Part shown: positions 59,831 to 64,000 of the stretch, in pieces
How positions within the stretch are numbered: position 1 is the stretch's first letter
Layout of the letters: each line of letters opens with the position of its first letter
Assembly (NCBI RefSeq): GCF_009914755.1
Contig: NC_060928.1
Reading direction: 5' to 3' (one strand)
Origin: the human T2T-CHM13v2.0 reference genome, Homo sapiens
DNA: 64,000 nt
The notes under the pieces: generated by a model
Seen by the model: only the letters and a program-made list of their open reading frames with translations
Databases searched by the model: none
What the model was told of the DNA's origin: nothing
Program-made: the position numbers and the translations under genes

Positions 59831-60666
59831 TTAAAAATGGAGAATTCAGAGGAACAGAGAAAGATGAAGTAATATTATATACATATAGGTTAGGAGAAAA
59901 ATACACTTTAAAGCAGGCGTAAAAATAAGAATTTTCTGTTTTAAAAGGGCTTACAATAAATCTTTGCAAAGATAATAAAAAAGCTGAAGTGAAATCATCT
60001 CTATGTTTTGTCATTGGTCTGTTTATCTATCATTAAGAAAATTGCTACATTTCCGTATCTTTGGCAAAATCATTATACGTTTAAAACTATTCAATGTTTT
60101 TGTATATCCTTAGTCCACAAGGAAATGCCTAAGTTATTCTTCAGCTTTTACATCTCAAATAACCTTTGCATATTTATGATCTAAATGCTTTGCTCTATAT
60201 GTGGCAGTACACCCATGTGAATGAAGTTTGTAGTTTACGTTAGTACCAATATCAAAGTGTGCCAAGTGGCTACAACAATTAAATAGCTAGAACTATCGTA
60301 GGGTGCATCTATGGACATAAGTGAAAGTCAGGGGAAGCTTCTTCTCACATGCTGTACTTGGCATGTGTCAGACAATTATGCACGTCATACATTAAAATAC
60401 ATTGGCAAACCAGACAGTATATAAAAAGACCACCAGTGTGGTGAGAGATCTTAAATGCATGCCATTTAAGAAATCTGGAAATAATTTTGGAATATTTTTA
60501 TTTGCACTAAAGAGAAAAAAAAAAGACTCAGAGGACTGCATTTTGGGCAGTTTCAAATATACAAAAGCTCAAGAAAGGGGCAAATTAGAAATCTGTTCTG
60601 TTTTGCTTTAAAGAATAGAACTAAGGCCAACGTTAATATTAAAGAGGAAGAGTTGATTATTTTATG

Positions 60667-60822
60667 ATTCATTTATTCACTAAATATTTATTGAGCAGCT
60701 GCTGTATGCCAAACACTGTTCTGGGTACTAAAAATACAGCAAACACACAAAAAAGCAAACAAAACAATGAACCAACCAAATAGGAATCACTTCCCATGTG
60801 GAGTTTACATTCTGTTGAGGGA
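60667..60822 (-). mobile_element. L2 3' end
   Basis: attcactaaatatttattgagcagctgctgtatgccaaacactgttctgggtact. Confidence 0.85.
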
Positions 60823-61424
60823 GAATTTGAACTACTGGGTGTCTAATTATTAAAACTGTTTAGGAATTGCTGTGGATCATCAAATTTAAGTATATTGCAG
60901 AAGCAGTTTTACTCTTGAGTAGAAGTTCACATTCAATAGTATGTCTAATTCTAAAAGTCTTTTTATTTATTCAACTACAATAGTACTTATTTCTGGTGCA
61001 ATTAATTATTCCCACATGCTAGTATTGCTTTTTTTGAAACACATTTACGTGCGGTAATTTTATCTATTTTAAATCCACATTTCTCAGTGGACTAAGAGAA
61101 CATTCATCTAAATTGTTTGTAGAGTACCCCCTATATCATGCATGACAAAAGCTAATATAAATTGTTTATTGTTGATAACAATATTATTGATAATAATTTA
61201 AAACAGCATTCATAGAATTCAGATATTATAAAAAGCAAGAAGTCTGCAAAAATTGAAACATTTAATGTTTCAAATATCTCAGTAGAGTTAAAATATCTCA
61301 CTTCATTACTTTTCAAGTTTGTATGCTACAGGAGTATAGTACTTTTCAGGACTGAGATAGGAAGAGAGCTAAAACCTATAACATGAGTTGTAAATAACTG
61401 GTAGGTTGACCCAAGTCTTCTATT

Positions 61425-61800
61425 ACAACTGCTTAGAAAAACATTCCGACATGTTGTAAAGCTGTGAAGGGGAAAACTGTACACCTCATAACACAGTAAT
61501 TCTGCTGTGGGATTGTACCTTTAGATAAACTGTTTCATATGGCCATCAGAAAAAATTGGCAATAAATATTTATAGCAAAACTTTTGAAATAACAAGGGGA
61601 ATCCCAACCCAGGTTTTCATCTACAGGAAAGGCAAAAAACGTTATAGTATAGTTGTACAAAGAAATGCCAATTAGTCTGAAAATGAATAACTATAGTGAC
61701 ATACATCAATGTAATACAATATTAAAAAGAGATTTGATTGAAAAAGCAAGTCAGAGTATAAGTCAAGTTAAACAAAACATATTAAAAATTGAAGAAAGCA
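61425..61800 (+). mobile_element. Degraded L1ME-like 3' fragment
   Basis: cacagtaattctgctgtgggattgtacct; tgattgaaaaagcaagtcagag. Confidence 0.45.
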
Positions 61801-62149
61801 AGATATAGATATGACTGGTGAGAAGCGAAGTGTCTCTCTCCTATAAAACTAAAGGAGCTCCCAAAATATTCAAATATTTATTATTAGTTATATAATATAC
61901 TTTTTGAAAAATATGCTTAAAATATATACAATATGCATATTGCTTTATACTAGTCTGTATATTAGAATAATATATAATATATATACTAGTCTATAAATTA
62001 GAATATATGACATATACAAAATTTTATTATATTATTTTTATTTGAATGCAATATTTAATAATAAATTTAATCAATCAGAGTCTTTGAAAGTGATGCTTAG
62101 CATCAATAATTTTAATAAGTTTCCCAGGTATTTCTTTTGCATAAAAAGT

Positions 62150-62900
62150 TTAAGACCTCTTAGAATTATATGAATATCAGACTTGCAAATTAGAAGGATC
62201 ATTTTGGGAGGCACTTAATTGATAAATTTGAGGTAGATAAAACAAAAAGTAAGACAATCTGGAAGGATACTATTTCAGCTTTACTAAAGAGGTGATGAGC
62301 TCCTAAATTAGGTCAGCGACAAGAAAATGGAAAGAATGTGTATTTTCAATTTGCAAAATTTCCTGAATAATTGATTAGGTCTGGGGATTATGACTATGGG
62401 AGAATGAGAAATCCAGGAAGTCTAACACATTTCCAGATTATATCACCAATTGGTTCACCAGTTACCAAGTAGAGAAGACTGAAATGGAAGCCCTAGGGGG
62501 AAAGAAAACAAGTATGCTTTGGAATTTGTTCAGTGAAGTGCCTGGGGTAGATCAGACCCAGATAGTAAGATGTGAGACTCACGGGCATATAATTTTGGCA
62601 ACAAGTGTGATCCAGAGATTTCATAGTTAATGACAGAATTTTTCTAGAAAGCCAATGTAATATTAGAATAGGAAAACATGGAGGACTAAACATTTTAAGC
62701 ACTATATCATTTCAGCATTGATCCAAAACGAAGGAAACTGAGAAGAATTGGAGACAGGATTGTTAGACCAAGAGCCAAAATGAAGGAAGTAAGGAGGAAA
62801 TACTTTTCAAAGAAAACACATGGGTCGACTGATCCAGAAAGTTTAGGAAAAAAGATACTGGGACTCAGTTATGAATATAAGCAGAGTCGAAAGACTATGA
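62150..62900 (-). mobile_element. Degraded L2 fragment
   Basis: gaggtgatgagctcctaaattaggtcag; agaccaagagccaaaatgaagga. Confidence 0.5.
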
Positions 62901-63007
62901 ACTGGATAAAATTCATAGATTGAAAGTATTTATTTTTAAAAAAGCAGATTTAATCAAGTTAAAAATAGTCTAAAGATCTAAGAATGCGCATGTGGAATTA
63001 AGTAAAT

Positions 63008-63056
63008 TGTGTGTGTGTGTGTCTGTGTGTCTGTGTGTCTGTGTGTCTGTGTGTGT
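63008..63056. repeat. (TG)n / (TGTGTCTG)n microsatellite
   Basis: Direct reading. Confidence 0.95.
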
Positions 63057-63134
63057 ATAATTGTATTCAGGTTTAAATTATAAGTCATTAAAATTAGGTC
63101 ATCAAATAATGTGCAATTAGGAAAAGGATTTGTT

Positions 63135-63974
63135 TGTGATGGTTCCTTTTATGCCAACTTGGGTGGCCATGGGGGTTCCCAGATTAAACATCATCTCTCA
63201 GTGTGTCTGTGAGGGTGTTTTGGGATGAGATTAGCATTTGAATGAGTGGAAAGTATATTTACTGACTACTCCTATGTGGGTGGACCTTATCCAATCCCTT
63301 GAGGGCCTGAATAGAACAAAATACCCAGGAAGAAGGAATTTGTCCCTTTTTGTTTTGTTCCTGCCTGCTTTAGCAGAGACAGCCCATCTCATCTTCTCTG
63401 GCCTTCAGAATGGAATTTATACCTGGACTCCCCTAGTATTCAGGCTTTCAGACTGAATTAACCCACAGGTTTTTCTGTCAGCTTATAGATGGAAGTTCCT
63501 TGGATTTCTTTTTATTTTTCCTTTCTGTTAGAGGAGTTTTTGCTCTTGTTGCCCAGGCTGGAGTGCAATGGTGCTATCTTGGTTCACTGCAACCTCTGCT
63601 GCTGGGTTCAAGTGATTCTCGTACCTCAGCCTCCTGAGCAGCTGGGATTACAAGCACATGCTACCACATCTGGCTATTTTTTGTATTTTTAGTAGAGATG
63701 AGGTTTCACCATGTTGGCCAGCTGGCCTCGAACTCCTCACCTCAGGTGATCCGCCTGCCTTGGCCTCCCAAAGTGCTGGAACTACAGGTGTGAGCCACTG
63801 CGCCCAGCCTCCTGAATTTCTTATAATGGCATGAGTCAATTACTCATAATAAATCTATCTATCTGTCTATCAATTATCTGTCTATCAGTTATCTATCTAT
63901 CTATCGATCAATCTGTCTATTTATCTATCTATCTTTATCTTACTGGTTCTGTTTCTCTGCAGAACCCTAATAGA
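63135..63974 (+). mobile_element. MLT2B-like ERVL solo LTR interrupted by an Alu, with (TCTA)n at about 63853-63940
   Basis: Starts tgtgatggtt...gccaacttggg; gatgagattagcatttgaat; ends ggttctgtttctctgcagaaccctaata. Confidence 0.88.
63511..63809 (-). mobile_element. AluSq-like
   Basis: gagtttttgctcttgttgcccaggc; TSD tcct(t)g[g/a]atttctt. Confidence 0.95.
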
Positions 63975-64000
63975 GTATTTATGATATAGGATTAAATGAT

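Overview
AT-rich, gene-poor primate (human-like) non-coding DNA, either intergenic or deep intronic. I find no protein-coding gene, tRNA, rRNA or CRISPR array. Every long ORF in the track comes from disrupted LINE-1 ORF2, Alu or simple repeats. The window is a mosaic of 13 full-length Alus plus one Alu monomer, several L1s, solo LTRs (MLT2, MLT1, THE1, MER67-like, LTR16-like), a Tigger3a DNA transposon, L2/MIR relics and microsatellites. The sequence does not support a new biological system. The notable signals are local rearrangement footprints: (1) a 166-bp, 97%-identical inverted duplication of one end of an old Tigger3a; (2) a 74-bp copy that preserves the empty pre-insertion site of an AluSp; (3) a 5'-inverted (twin-primed) L1PA3/4 nested inside an older L1 with a 19-bp TSD; (4) an L1PA13-like element whose 5' terminus is fused directly to mid-ORF1; (5) two inverted L1 3' ends that appear to share private variants. 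Subfamily names are recalled from consensus sequences by eye and need RepeatMasker/Dfam confirmation.
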